DNA from: Tubulanus polymorphus
Taxonomy: Eukaryota; Animalia; Nemertea
Length of the DNA stretch: 64,000 nt
Assembly (NCBI RefSeq): GCF_964204645.1
Contig: NC_134031.1
Coordinates: forward strand, 12,836,088-12,900,087
Reading direction: 5' to 3'
Shown: piece after piece, positions 1 to 13,486 of the stretch
How the letters are laid out: each line of letters starts with the position of its first letter
How positions within the stretch are numbered: position 1 is the stretch's first letter
The notes under the pieces: model-generated
What the model was told of the DNA's origin: nothing
The model's database searches: none
The model's input: only the letters and a program-made list of their open reading frames with translations
Program-made: the position numbers and the translations under genes

Positions 1-2179
1 TGATTCATCATAAATATTGATACACCGGTGACAATCCTCTCTTTAATCGTTATCTATAAAATACTTGAGTAAGGCCCTGACGAGAGAACGTGTCCGTGCA
101 CAAATCCGAATGAATAAATTGAAATACCGGATGATAATCTTGAAGATAATATATTTTATTTACCTTGAACAAAGAATGATTTTCCTAATCCCTATTGTAT
201 ATGAATCCCTATCGTTCCGAAGCTTCTCCTGACCTGCTGTCGACACTCGTCTTACTAAGGTAGCCTACTTATTCTCTCCTCTCTCTCGATAGCTGCCCCC
301 TTTTGTAGAAAGAACCGGCATTCTCAGAATTCCGATTCTCCCACGCAGGGCCTTCCGCTTTTTGGCAAGGAGCAGCTACCCAACTGTCATGACCGTTTTT
401 AGTTACGGAAAATTTAGCCCTACTGATTTGCTGATCTAAAGGTTTTTTAGAAACTGATTTGCTGATATAAATTTTTTCTTCCAACCCTCCTGTCATGACG
501 CGTTGTGATTTACTCGTTGTGAGAGAGCAGCTATTGTTTGTGAATTACCAACGAGCGCATACAGACAACAGAAACTTCAGACAGCTAGTTTTAACATTTA
601 ACACAAATTAATTTTTCTAAAACATTAGCGATTATTAACAATTTGTTCTTAAACAACATCTAGATTACTCAAATTAAATATCTTTTCAAAACTTTTCTAA
701 TTACAGTACAAATTCATTGTTTCTTTTTTAATTATTATAATTAACTACGATTCGGAATACATTGTGATTGATTATCAATTCTTAAATTATTTGAAATACT
801 TATACTAATTATTTTATCTACAATTTAACTAGTTCTATTTTAATACAGGATAAGCAAAACAACCACATCTTCCTAAACTTCCGGTTTTTCCTTTTACGGA
901 AAGTAGCCGGGAATATCATGAAGTATCAGCGTGATCCCTTCACGAGCCTCATTATAAATACACTCCATTGTTCCGACCCAACCAAATATGGTTCCAACTA
1001 TTTAAAAGTTTTATATAAAGATTTTCTGAATGTTTGCCAGATCTCACAGCAGAAGAACCGAGAAAGAATTGTTGTTTATAGACTGATTTATGGTTTGCGT
1101 TAGTAGATGAAAGCATCAAACAAGAACTTTCGTAATTCTTACTACTAGTACGTTCTTGTCTGACGGCTTTAACGTAACCCCCACGCATACGGAAACAACA
1201 TTAAGAACATTTCTAAATACTACGAAACATTTTCAAATACTACGAAAATCTAGCTGTGGATCAATATGCATGGTAGTGGGTTTTCCCCACTGACTCAAAT
1301 CGACACCCCGTTCATGGCGTGACGATTTCATACACAGTGTACGAAGTTTGTCAGGCAATCGATTTTCGTAAATAGAACAATTTCTAAGATTCACTTACCC
1401 TTTCCCAATTTTACTGCCCTTCTATAAAATTCACCGCTTTTCACGACCGCCCGCGACGAACCAATTCGAACCCTGGCAGTTAAATCATTTGCAGTGTCCA
1501 AGAAAACTTTAACTAGGCCACACGCGAGGTGCGCTTTTCATATACATGCATAGATCAATATATTGCATTGCAGCGAGTATATTGTTGTGACATAGGGATT
1601 TTAATCAATTTAACTACGTATAACTTTCTACTATTACGCTCGTGGGAAAATTCCTGCTGTCTAGTATTATGGAATAATTAAAAGCTTTCTAATAAAACCC
1701 GGAATTAGATAACGATAAATTTATAGAATGAATACAGTGTATAAACCGTACTCTGGGGAAAAAAACAGGGAGAGCAACCTTGGTGGCAACATCGGACGGT
1801 GCCAGAGCAGAGGCAGCGCGGGTAAGGGTAATTTGATATTTTCAGTTGTCATTTGTTTAAGTTCATGCAATAGAATCCTTGAATCATTTATCAAGCTGAG
1901 TTGAGTCGTTGGTTTATTTTTGGTCTCTGGTTTCTACATCGCCGTGCTCGACAGGAGGGGAAGTGCATACGCCCCGAACAAGAACAGCGGCGCTCTCCTA
2001 CAGCTATTTCGAGCTTCCCCCTCCCGGTCGCACGACAATTTGTGTTATGCACGTGTGTGAAGCATGAATATACATAAAAGGACATGTGTTCTTCCGATAC
2101 GAAATGTAGTTCCAACAACAAATAAATAACTAAATTAATAAATAAGCTACGGATTCCGATGAAATTCAACAGGGTTAGA

Positions 2180-2468
2180 GACGAAATCGCCCAGTGTGTC
2201 CGGGCAATCGCCTGTGGCGATTTAGTCGGCCGACCAAATCGCCCGAATCCAACATGTTGGATTCTGTCGCCGGCGATTTCGTCGCCGGCGACAGGATCGC
2301 CCAGTGTGTCCGGGTACGGCGATCAGTCGCCCCGAGCGCCGTATTAACCAGCCAATCGCGGCTCTTGATTTATTAAAGGTGGCGCTAGCAGCTGGTCGTT
2401 TCAAAATAAGCGGCGCTGTTCGCCGATTTCGTCGGCCGACGAAATCGCCCAGTGTGTCCGCGGCTTAA
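2180..2468. mobile_element. GC-rich non-autonomous DNA transposon (MITE-like) fragment with internal palindromes
   Basis: Motif atcgcccagtgtgtccg occurs three times (~2187, ~2297, ~2444). Local palindromes include gaatccaacatgttggattc and atttcgtcggccgacgaaatc. It ends ...gtccgcggc followed by TTAA. Only one end is evident. Confidence 0.5.
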
Positions 2469-4485
2469 ATTATGCATTGGGCCTGTCGCCCAAGGCAGTG
2501 CGTCGGATGAGACTGCATCTATGAGTTCTGTGTATACCACTAATAAACCTTTAACTAATTTGATAAATGCTGCATTGTAAAATGGATATAAAAACGATGG
2601 TTTATTTAGACTGCACTGTTTCACTGGTCGTAAGACCAAACTGAGGTATGTTTTTATACAGTCAAGAGAAATATCCCAAAATGCACGATATCAGACGAAA
2701 ACAGATACACATGCATATTCTGGCTTTCGATTTTAAATGCGTCTCGTGCATCTAAATTGCGATTTATGCGAGTGTGGTGTATCTAGAATAGTTGATAAAA
2801 GTTGAACGATATTAAAGATTATATATAAAATGGTATCTTTTTTAACTCAGTTAATTTGTGATGAGAAAGCTGTTACTTAGTTGCTTCTGTGACAACGGTA
2901 TTATTGAGTTTCAACAGCAGTATCAATTCACAGACAGTGCTGCCATCTTCTAACGATATCATAAACTATTTCGTGATAAAACTTTCAAACTTTGACGATA
3001 ATAATTCCAGCGTCAGCTTCCATATAACTTTTTGTTTGTACTGAGATTGAACCTTACGACTAATGCGCGTCAGTTGCTCGTAAATATTAGCTTCTGCAAG
3101 CAACAACCGCTGATGGAGAACATTATCCAAAGTAATGTATCCCGTCTTTTCGTAAATATTTGCTGTTGCACTAACGAGAAATTAGTGGGTTTTGGTAATG
3201 TCGTTCGCTAATGAGATGGGTTATTCTGGAACAGGAACTATGCGTGTTGTGACTCGTTTATTCTCGGACGTTTTGTGGTATTTTCACTCACTCAAGCGAA
3301 ATTCAAAGATCCCGTTGGTGACACTTCTCCATCTTGATTCCTTGGGTCTAAAAAATGTATTATAGACGGCGGTTTCTATCAAAATAGACTTACAAGGAAC
3401 CGTGTTACGTGTTTAGTCGTAGCACATTTCACGTTTGCAGCCACCTAGAGCGACCGTGCTCAAATCTAAGATCGCAAAACGTCGATAAACTTAAGTACCA
3501 ATGCCCTGGTGCCGTTCTAGTGTGATTCGATGCTAAGCGCATGGATTGGTCCGGTGCCTTGTCCAACACAGGATATCCCCGCGGGAGAACTATTTATAGC
3601 AAAAGTGAAGAGATTCCGTGTTTTTGGTTTACCTTTGTCAGCGATATGATGGCATTGAGCCAATTCGTGTAAAATAGCGGTACGTTTTTCATGTGAGCAT
3701 TTGTTTCATTGGTTCTCGGCTTAAACGACGTATAATCGATGTGATTGAAGACATGGCGAACCTCCGTCGATGACATGCTCTACTGAGTTAAAATTCTACG
3801 AAAAACTGTTTTTGTTCTTTGCTCTCGCGTATGAAATTGCAATGATCGGGGGCGTCGCCTCTACGAGCGAATGGGATTGGCTGTTTTGGGATATACGGGG
3901 AATTCCGGCGCTTCACTAAAATAATAATGGGAAAGCCATAGAATGGCGTACGTTTCATTGGACTAGGTGCCGTATACGTGCGAATTTCAAATGCTCATTG
4001 CTGGTGAGGATGTAATCATTTCACACATCCGCCATAGGTATTGTTTCATTTTAATACCCGGTGATTGTTTTGATTGACATTGAAGTGTAAGGGAACATTT
4101 ACTTACACGAGGCCCCCACGTGCGCGCGGAGTGCTACACGACAAACACACGAGCTCGTACAGTAAACTACTAAAGGTGATGCTGTAACGCGTGCATGTTT
4201 GACATGAAAATAGGCTGAATAATCGTAGCAGAAGATGAGCGCTGTGTTTTCTGTTTTATAGAATTTGTAATAAATTGTAATTTCTTGTGACCTGAAAATA
4301 TTAAGCAGCAAACTACAAGTATAGGTCGAGGTCTGAATATTGTAGTCGTAAATTCCAGGATTTAAAACGATCTAATAGCCGATTTCTTCTGTACCGGTAT
4401 TTTAACTTCCGCGGCCAACATTGGAAGAGGTTTCCAAGACCCAATATTCAGCCACCCTCTGATATGTGACATCATATGAATTTTA

Positions 4486-5049
4486 GGCCATCCCATATTA
4501 ATGGTCTGTTTGTCGTAACCCGACCGACCCGACTTCAAAGGTACCGAGTGAAAACTTTTTTTCTGGGATTCATTGAAATAAATTTTAATTTAGATAAAAA
4601 TGGCCGACCGACCGACCCACTGCCGACGTATGAGCTACGTATGTTCGAATTCAAGTGTGCATCGTGTGAAAACATGCCTTGACATGTGGCCTAATTTAAG
4701 TTTTCCAGGAAACTGGCAGTGTTCAAATAAGCTGCCATTTATTCTCATAGTGACTATATTAAAGCTGGTAACGTTAAAGCGCGCACATATTCAATGTACT
4801 GTTTCGTTTTCAACACAGAGATGACGCTCTGGACGAAGTTATGATTTTAGAATAATTCTCGAAATCTACGCTATTAGACAAATTTCCCGTGCACAACGTA
4901 GATGATTTTTGCGATATTGTTTCCATGTAAAAAAGGTGATAAATTTGTTTTTTTTGCCCAAAAATTTTGCCAAAAAAAAATTACCTACCGGCTCATCCTG
5001 AAAAGTTGAGTCGGTGTTACGGCAAACAGACAATTATTTTGGGATGGCC
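4486..5049. mobile_element. PIF/Harbinger (Tourist-like) MITE
   Basis: Imperfect ~40-bp TIRs (GGCCATCCCAtattaatggtctgtttgtcgtaacccgac ... gtcggtgttacggcaaacagacaattattttTGGGATGGCC) with a TTA duplication on both sides (4483-4485 and 5050-5052). Non-coding. Confidence 0.8.

Positions 5050-5054
<5 letters not shown>

Positions 5055-5125
<71 letters not shown>
5055..5125. repeat. (TA)n microsatellite
   Basis: About 35 TA dinucleotides directly after the MITE. Confidence 0.98.
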
Positions 5126-5127
<2 letters not shown>

Positions 5128-6469
5128 CATTCGCGATTGAATCTGTTCTAACGTGGTTCCAGGACGCCCAATCATAATTCCCTTACCGTTTCAGGTTTAC
5201 AACGAACTCAATCTGGAGCGAAGAATAAGCGATCACGTAGTGTGTTGTTACCTGTTGCAAATGCAAATAAATACTATTGAGTAAAAAGGAATAGAAAAAC
5301 CTAATGAAATGAAAACACCTGCCATTCAAATGAAGTTGCTACCGTTTTAGGCCAGCCGTAGGCTGAGCCTATTACTAACATATGGAGCGAATTTGAATGA
5401 CATGGTTTCCAGAGCAAAGGCTCTTTTACTGTGCAACTGAGCATATATTCATACAAATCATTCATTAAAGCATTATCCATTCTCCAAACTCTACGTAGCT
5501 GAATTTTGAAGGAGGGCCTCGTTAAAATCTCTATGAGCTTTATCGCGAATATCTGATCGCAAAAATATTGGTTTTGAAAAGCCAATCAGAAAGCAAAGAC
5601 TTCCACAGAAACCAGCAGGTGTTCACGTGAACCCTCGGTATCGTCTATCGTTTCACTTCCGGGTTTTCATTTTAAGATCTAAAATTGTATTTCAAGGTCG
5701 ATTTCTGTGAAAGCTTTAGTTGATTAGGTTTTTGGGAGGAATATCTTTATTAGCACTACAGAAAATATCATTGACCATTGTGCAAAGTCCGGGAAAAATA
5801 GCTTTTTCTTAAATCGGATAGATGACCTTGATATGCTGTTTAGCCATGCGATCAAACTACAAATTCACTCAAATTTTATTCCGCAAAAAAATATCAAATC
5901 CAATTCAATTTTACTTTATTGAACAAATAAAGACATCAAATCCAATTCAATTTTGTTTTGTCGAGCAAATTTCAAAAAATTCTATTCTATTCCGCATTAA
6001 AATCAATAAGACCTAGGGAAAAGATTTATCTGAGGTATTTTTTCCTGCCAGATCCAGTCGCTGTCTGTGCTACTTATGTATTCTACGATTGTATTGTGTA
6101 AATTATTAGTTATTGACTCTAAGCTGGAAGTGTACTCTGACAAATTTAACCCACAGAATGCATCATCATTTGCCATTTTATGAAAAGCTGACAGGCTGGC
6201 CATAGTGCCCCTTGGGGCTCCTGTTACTCCAGGCTGGTGGGAAAAAATTGTCAGATTCATTTGCGTTCTTCTCAAGTCAACTTTACTTACATTTATTTGC
6301 GTCGCTGTTACATTTGCAGATAAATAACATAGGGATGAATTGATTTGACCTGCTACTTTCAATCACAAAATGTTAGCGTCGTCAGAAAAGTGAGCAGCTG
6401 TTGAACTAGGGGTACAGGGACGTAATGCCCACTTGGGAAGTGGTTTCAACTGCTCAACAATCTAACAAT

Positions 6470-7035
6470 TTCAATATTCAACGCCCCCTGGTGACCATAT
6501 ACAAAAACAATGACTTTGAAACTCACTACAATCATAGAACATGTCAGCAGCTACGATTTTATAATTGATTGTGATAACAAAATATGCCTCATTACCAATT
6601 AAATATGAAAATACTAAGTTATTATCCTATTCAATGCCCCCTGGTGACTATATGCAAAACCCAATGACCTTGAATCATGACTCACCACAATCATAGAACG
6701 TGTCATGAGCTACAACTTTGCAATTGATCATGTTAACAAAATATGCCTAGGTACCAATATAATATGGAAATACTGAGTTATTCTACTATTCAACGCCCCC
6801 TGGTGTCCATAAAGAATAACTAATGTCCTTAAAACCCACCACATTCATAGAACATGTCATGAGCTACAACTTTGCAATTAATTGTGGGTAAAAAAATATG
6901 CATAGGTACAAATACAATATAGAAATACTAGGTTATTGTATTATTCAACGCCCCCTGGTGGCCATATACAAAAAGCAATGGCCTGAAAACTCACCAATAT
7001 CATAGAACACGTTATGAGCTACCACTTTCCAATTG
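6470..7035. repeat. Diverged ~155-bp tandem repeat (about 3.6 units), each unit with a CTCF-like motif
   Basis: caa(c/t)gccccctggtg recurs at 6479, 6632, 6791 and 6946 (spacing 153/159/155). Units also share catagaac..gtcatgagctac..ctttgcaatt. The array is truncated by the Polinton fragment at ~7035. Confidence 0.85.
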
Positions 7036-10000
7036 GAAAATAAAAAACATTTAGAAAATATGAAAAATATTATAAAAAATAATTTCTGATGTTGAATACC
7101 CTAAAATTAGTATATCTAAGTTAAATTTATCAAATCTGAAGATAAACCAATATATGATATAAATTCTCATTCACAACATATTATTTCAAAACAGCATATA
7201 GATGATAAATGATAAGGATCAGGTTTAATATTTGATGAAATAATATTTATGACTTTACATGTTTATAACACAAAATATAATAAGTTAACTAAATCAAAAC
7301 CAATTGATGAAAATAATTTATCTTATTATAAAGATGATAATATAAATGAATTAAGTTATATCAAATTACCGTTTAAAACTAATGCTGTTATAAATGTATA
7401 AAATGAAGATGATAAATGTTTTCTATGGTCAATTATAAGTTGCTTACATCCAGTTGAAGATTATAAACAACATGGTTTTAGAGTATCAAATTATAAACAA
7501 TTTGAAAATAATTATAAGATAGACAGTTATCCTGATAGAATTAAAAATATCCCAAAAATAGAAAGGGATAATAATCTAAAAATAAATGTGTTTGATTTAA
7601 TCAAATTACCAAAAACAAAAGGTAATAATATAAAAGATTATACATTAGAACCTTTATACCTATCAAAATATTATGATTCAAATGGTGTTATAGATATATT
7701 ATATTATGAAAATCATTATATGTAGATTAAACAAATTGATTTATTTTTAAAATCAGAAAATGATTACACTCGTAAAATATATCTATGTAGAAAATGTTTA
7801 CATAAATTCAGTAATGAAAGTGCATTATTAAATCATAAACAATTATGTGATAATCATGATTATTGTAAAATGATTTTACCAAATGAAAAAGATAAGATAT
7901 TAGAATTCAAAAAATATGATTACAAAAGTAAAGTTCCATTTGTAATATATGGAGATTTTGAATCACTAAATACGGAATTAACTGATCAAGATAGAAAAGA
8001 AATATATTATAAAAGAAGGAAATTAAATTCTGAAAATGATGTTATTGATTATTCAGATCCTCTAATAACAAATACTATTTAAAAGATTCATCAATCAGCT
8101 GCAGCTTTTGGATTATATATAAATCTGACTATTCAGAACTAATTAAAAGTGAATATTATAATTATAGAAATGAAAATGTTATCAATCATTTTTGTGACCT
8201 ATTAATTGAGTATGAAATCAAATTTAGTAAAGTATTAGATACAAATAAAGAAATTATAATGACAGAAGAAGATAGAGAAGAATTTGATTTTGCAGATAAA
8301 TGTTATTATTGTGAAAAACTATGTAATTTTAAGGATAAAAAAGTAAGAGATCATGATCATTTGAATGGAAAGTTTAGAGGTGCAGCACATGAGAATTGTA
8401 ACTTACAAGCTAAGAAAATTAACTTTGTTCCAGTAATATTCCATAATTTATCAGGGTATGGTGCACATTTATTCATCAAACAGCTATGTCATAAAATGGA
8501 AGAAATCAATAATGAAATAGAAAGATTAAATTCAAAAAGATCAATAGATAAAATACCAACTTATAAATTTAAAATGTTAGCTAAGACATCTGAGAATTAT
8601 ATATCTTTCCAATTTGGGTGTCTATGATTTATAGATTAATATAGATTTTTAAGCAGTTCATTAGATAATTTATCAAAATCATTGGTTGATGATGAATTAA
8701 AAATATTAAAACAACAAATCCAAATAATGATGATTTTCAATTAATGAGATATAAAGGCGCAATTCCATATTCATTTTATAAATCGCATAATGATTTCAAT
8801 ATAACTGAATTATTAAAAGAACAATTCTATGATGAATTAAAAAATGAATATGTTAAAGATGAAGTATATAATAGAACATTGAATATTTGGAATCATTTTG
8901 GAATGAAAAATCATGGACAATTGGTAGATTTATATTTACAATCAGATGTATTATTATTAACTGATACATTTGAAAGGTTTAGAGATGTAAATCTAGAATA
9001 TTTTAATATTGATCCATGCCATTGTTATTATAGTCCAGGTTTTACTTGGGATTGTGGATTAAAATTTACAGATATAAAAATGGATTTGTTAACAAATATA
9101 GATCAATCATTATTATTTGAAAAATCTATAAGAGTTTCAGGTGTATTAGGCGATAGATATTTCAATGTAAATGATAACCCTGGATATAAGTTATTATATA
9201 TAGATGTAAATAATCTATATGGTTGGGCAATGGTGGAACCTCAGCCTTATGGAGTATTTGAAATAACTGAAGTATGAAAATAATGATAAATTTGATTGGA
9301 AGCAAATAATTCTAGATATTGCGGATGATTCAGTTACTGGATACTTCTTTGTTGTAGATTTAGAATACCCTGAAGATAAAAAGATTTAAATCTAGAAATC
9401 TAGCATACTGTCCCGAACATAAAACTGTAACACATGAAGAGTTATCAAATTATCAAAAAAGAATTAAACCCGCAAATCATATTGATACTGAAAAGTCAAT
9501 GGTAACTCAGGAAAATAGATATAATTATGTAGTACATTATAGAATGTTGAAGTTTTATTTGAATCAAGGAATGTTTCTAAAAAAGTACACAGATATATTT
9601 CATTCAGACAATCTAAATGGTTAGAAAAATATATAGATTTTAACACCAAACAGAGAACTAAAGCTAAAACTGATTTCGAAAAAGATTTCTTCAAGTTAAT
9701 GAACAATGCATTTTATGGTAAGACTTGTGAGAATATTAGAAATAGAAATGATATAATTAGTTAGTTAGTAATGGTAAAAGAATTAGACATTTACAAACAT
9801 ATCCCAAGTTTATAGGTAACAGAATATTTGATGAAAATTTAGCTGCAGTTAAAATGAGAAGAACTTCTATGAAGTTTAATAAACCAATCTATGTTGGAGC
9901 TACAGTTTTAGAAATATCAAAATTATTGATGTATGAATTTTACTATAACGTATTACAAACTCATTTTGGAGAAAAGCATATAGAAATCTTATATTTTGAT

Positions 10001-10498
10001 ACTGACAGTTACATATTAAAGATAAAAACTAATAACATAACAGATGATTTAAAAACATTAAAACATCATTTTGATTTCAGTAATTATCCTAAAACTCATG
10101 AATTGTTTAGCAACGATAATGAAAAGTTGCCCGGTAAATTCAAAGATGAATTAGGAGGTGAAGAAATGATAGAGTTCATTGGAATTCGATCTAAAATGTA
10201 TAGTTATAAAACCAATACTCATGAATCAAAGAAATTGAAAGGAATTACTAAAAGTGTAGTAGAAAAGAATATCCATTTCAAAGATTACATCAATTGTATA
10301 TTCAATGAAGAAGTTAGAAAACATAAGATGAAATTTTTAAGTTCTGAAGATCATGAAATGTTTATTGAAGAGATAGAAAAGGTTAGTTTGAACCCATTTG
10401 ATGAGAAAAGATATATTTTAGATGACGGAATTCATACAGTCGCGTATGGTTGCAATTTAGATGAATACTTAAGATTTAAAAGAAACAAAAGAGAATGA
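7036..10498 (+). pseudogene. Protein-primed family B DNA polymerase (pPolB) pseudogene, copy A
   Basis: ORF fragments 7870, 8259, 8744 and 9854 carry IYGDFES (Exo I), VRDHDHLNGKFRGAAHENCNL (EndoVII-like), FHNLSGY (Exo II), YIDVNNLYGWAM (motif A), KLMNNAFYGKT (motif B) and YFDTDS (motif C). Multiple stops and frameshifts. Confidence 0.93.
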
Positions 10499-10579
10499 CA
10501 TTTTAAAAAGGATTCTAGCGTGTTAATCAAATTTTAGTAAAAATATGAGTATATAATTTAGTAAAAATATGTATAATAA

Positions 10580-10968
10580 ATGGAGCCAGAACAATCACAA
10601 ACTATCAATATTAGAAATAACACTGGTGTTATAAATATATACTACAAGAAATGTTCTAAATGTGAATTAGATAAATTAGCTATAACAGAATTTAGTAAGC
10701 GTAAGATTACAATATTGCTGCAAAACTTGTATAAAACTATATACCAAGCAATATCAAAACGTAAGATGAAATGTTTCAGATCTGAAGATCACGAGATGTT
10801 TATTGAAGAGATAGAGAAGATAAGTCTAAACCCATTTGACGATAAAAGATATATTTTAGATGATGGAATTCATAGAGTCGCTTATGGTTGAAATTTAGAT
10901 GAATACTTAAAATTTAAAAGAGAAGAAACAAAAGAGAATGAGATTATGAAAAGGATTCTAACATGTTA
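10580..10968 (+). pseudogene. Chimeric remnant: HNH-nuclease N-terminus fused to a second copy of the pPolB C-terminus
   Basis: MEPEQ...YYKKCSKCELDK matches ORF 21617. RKMKCFRSEDHEMFIEEIEKISLNPFDDKRYILDDGIH repeats the pPolB tail. Confidence 0.85.
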
Positions 10969-11008
10969 ATCGGCTTTGATTCAATTTTAATAAAAATATG
11001 TATAATAA

Positions 11009-11338
11009 ATGGAGAGTAAACAAGCAAACAGTGAGAACAACAAATCATTTCTAGATAGAATAAAAGATATCACAAATGCTAAATCAGTAGATTATAAATT
11101 TAAAAAATTAAATGAACTAACAATTCATAAGAAATATCTAATTACAAATATTGATACAGTTTCTAACAAATATGGAGATAAATTAGTTATCCACTTAGAA
11201 TATGAAGGATTAGAAGGAAATAAATTTAAATTCAGAACATATTTACCAGATAGATTTAGAAGAATTATGTTCAGGTGATTTCTATTTCATATATAAAGGT
11301 AAGAATTAAAAAGGGCACCACGAAATAGATTTTGAATA
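11009..11338 (+). pseudogene. Small Polinton protein (MESKQ...; possibly OB-fold/SSB-like), 3' disrupted
   Basis: The 89-aa ORF 11009-11278 is homologous to 33658-34009 and 47858-48127. A deletion shifts the frame before the native stop. Confidence 0.65.
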
Positions 11339-11353
11339 AAATATGTAAAATAA

Positions 11354-12075
11354 ATGGTAGAATTAAAAGAATATAGAATATTCGTTGATTCAAGAAGACT
11401 TACATATTATAAATCTCATAATTAACTAGTACAATTAGATAGAGAATTTAAAAATTGTGTAGATTTAAAATTAGTAAATGTAAGTTTATGTAATTCTTTT
11501 TATATTGTATCGGATAAAAGTCTTGATCATGATTCTTTTATGATTCATGTAAGGAGATTATATAATTTAGAGACTTTAGCGCAAGAAATTGATAGAAAAG
11601 CTAAAACAAAAATGAGCGCAGCTGCTGGATTTGGAATTGAATTTTTTTAAAGTGATAATAATAATAAATTAAGAATAGAGTTAGCTAATGAAGAACAGCA
11701 TAAATTTATAGTGAGAAAACCAGTAGCTAAAATTTAGGAATTACATCAAATAAACTTTATTCAAATGTTGATAGTTTAGCTAATATAATACCTTTTACAC
11801 ATTTTTATATTTATTGCAATTTAATTGACCCTACAAAAACATTCGAAGCAACTAAAGATACAACTTGTAATTCTAGTATATTAAATATTTTACCATTAAA
11901 AAATGTTAAACAATTTGGAACACAAATAAATAATAATTTAGCTGAGTGTGATTTCAAACCTTGTATTCCAAAATTTGATAATTTTAAGTTAGAAATAAGA
12001 AATCATAATGGGTACTTAATTGATTTAAATAATTTTCCTGTAATTTATGAATTAGTTATAAGATGTAAAGAATAA
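11354..12075 (+). pseudogene. Minor capsid (penton-like) protein pseudogene, copy A
   Basis: Starts MVELKEYRIFVDSRR and ends ...IDLNNFPVIYELVIRCKE, like 32884-33643. Internal stops and frameshifts. Confidence 0.75.
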
Positions 12076-12092
12076 TTTTTTTCATTATATAA

Positions 12093-13470
12093 ATGAATAT
12101 AACTGTTGGACCGAGTATATGTTTTGGATTTGATTCTAAACGTGAGAAAGAAATGAAATTAACATTAATGATGTAATAATTAGATATTTATGTTACTGAA
12201 ACTAATAATTTTAATGCAAAGATGGAAAATATATTTCATGTATATTTAATTAGTTTTTAAAAATTGAAAGATGAAAAACAATGGTTATTAAAATCTAATA
12301 TTAAGTATTGGCAGAACCAATTAAATTTTGCAGTTTATTGTGCAACAGCAGAATGTGGAATTAGTTGGAATGATCATTTGAATAATTCAAAATATAAGTT
12401 AATTCAAAGTTTATTTAGATTTCATACTTATTTTCAAATAAGATTAATATTAAATTAATTAAATACCCCTTTACCAGGATCTAGGTATTTTAAAAAATTA
12501 GATAATAATATTAATTTATCAGAGTTTTATAAAATTTGTAATGAATTTAATATAGATATAAATAATTTTGATTTTAGAACAAAACTTGGAACAATACGAT
12601 CACTTCCTTGTCCTGAAAATATTTTACAATATTGCATACTTCCCATACCATCTAATAGTTTTTACAATATCTATAATAATAAATTAGGTTATGGTAAAAT
12701 AGAAACTAAGGATTTAGAAACATTAAATTTTAATAAATTACCGAAATTCTATGATAATTTAAAACAAGAAAACAATAATGGTTGGGTTTATTTTATTTTA
12801 GAAAATAGTGAAGGTTTTACAAAAGCTGGTATACAAAGAATAAATCAATAAATTAGAACTTATTTGATTTGCATACTAGGCGCTCAAGTTGAAACAAGAT
12901 CTCCAATAATTGGAAATTTAAATACATCATTTGATACACAAAAACAATTTAAATTTTTATTTGAAGATTCTATTCATAATGATAAAAATAGATCGATTCC
13001 AGAAAACATTGTAAGGTATCAAAATTATTTAGATAAACCACATGTGAGATTAAATTATTGTATAGGCCCTAATTTGTTAATTATTTCAAATGATTTAATA
13101 TTAAAAATGGGAAATATAGTTGGTTATAATATTATAATTAAAATTGCAACAATAAATGATAAGTTTGGATTAAATGATATAAATAAAAAGACTATCACCG
13201 CTCCAAAATTAATCGAAGGTGAAAAACTTAAAAAACATATTCAATCAACAGAAACTAAAACTATTAAATATAGACTATTAAACTAAGAATATTAAATTGG
13301 ATAATGATTCTAAAATAAATGATTGCAATACTACAGAAAATATAAAAACTGATATTATTCAACATGATATAATTAAAAGTAATAATGATAATAAGTCACA
13401 TGGAAATACTAAATTAGCTATAACTTGTATAGGAATTGTAATAGTAGGAATATTATATTTTAAATTTTAA
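12093..13470 (+). pseudogene. Deletion-fused remnant of the 118-aa gene and the 441-aa gene
   Basis: The MNITVGPSICFGFD start is joined at ~12180 to DIYVTE...YWQNQLNFAVYCATAECGISW...ILGAQVETRSPI. The three small membrane genes of element B are deleted here. Confidence 0.8.
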
Positions 13471-13486
13471 TTTTTATAAGATATAA

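Noticed and set aside
269-6362. Short ORFs in the first 6.4 kb and at 15.5-20.1 kb as host genes
   Set aside because: No recognisable domains or coherent exon structure. Several overlap MITEs or repeats.
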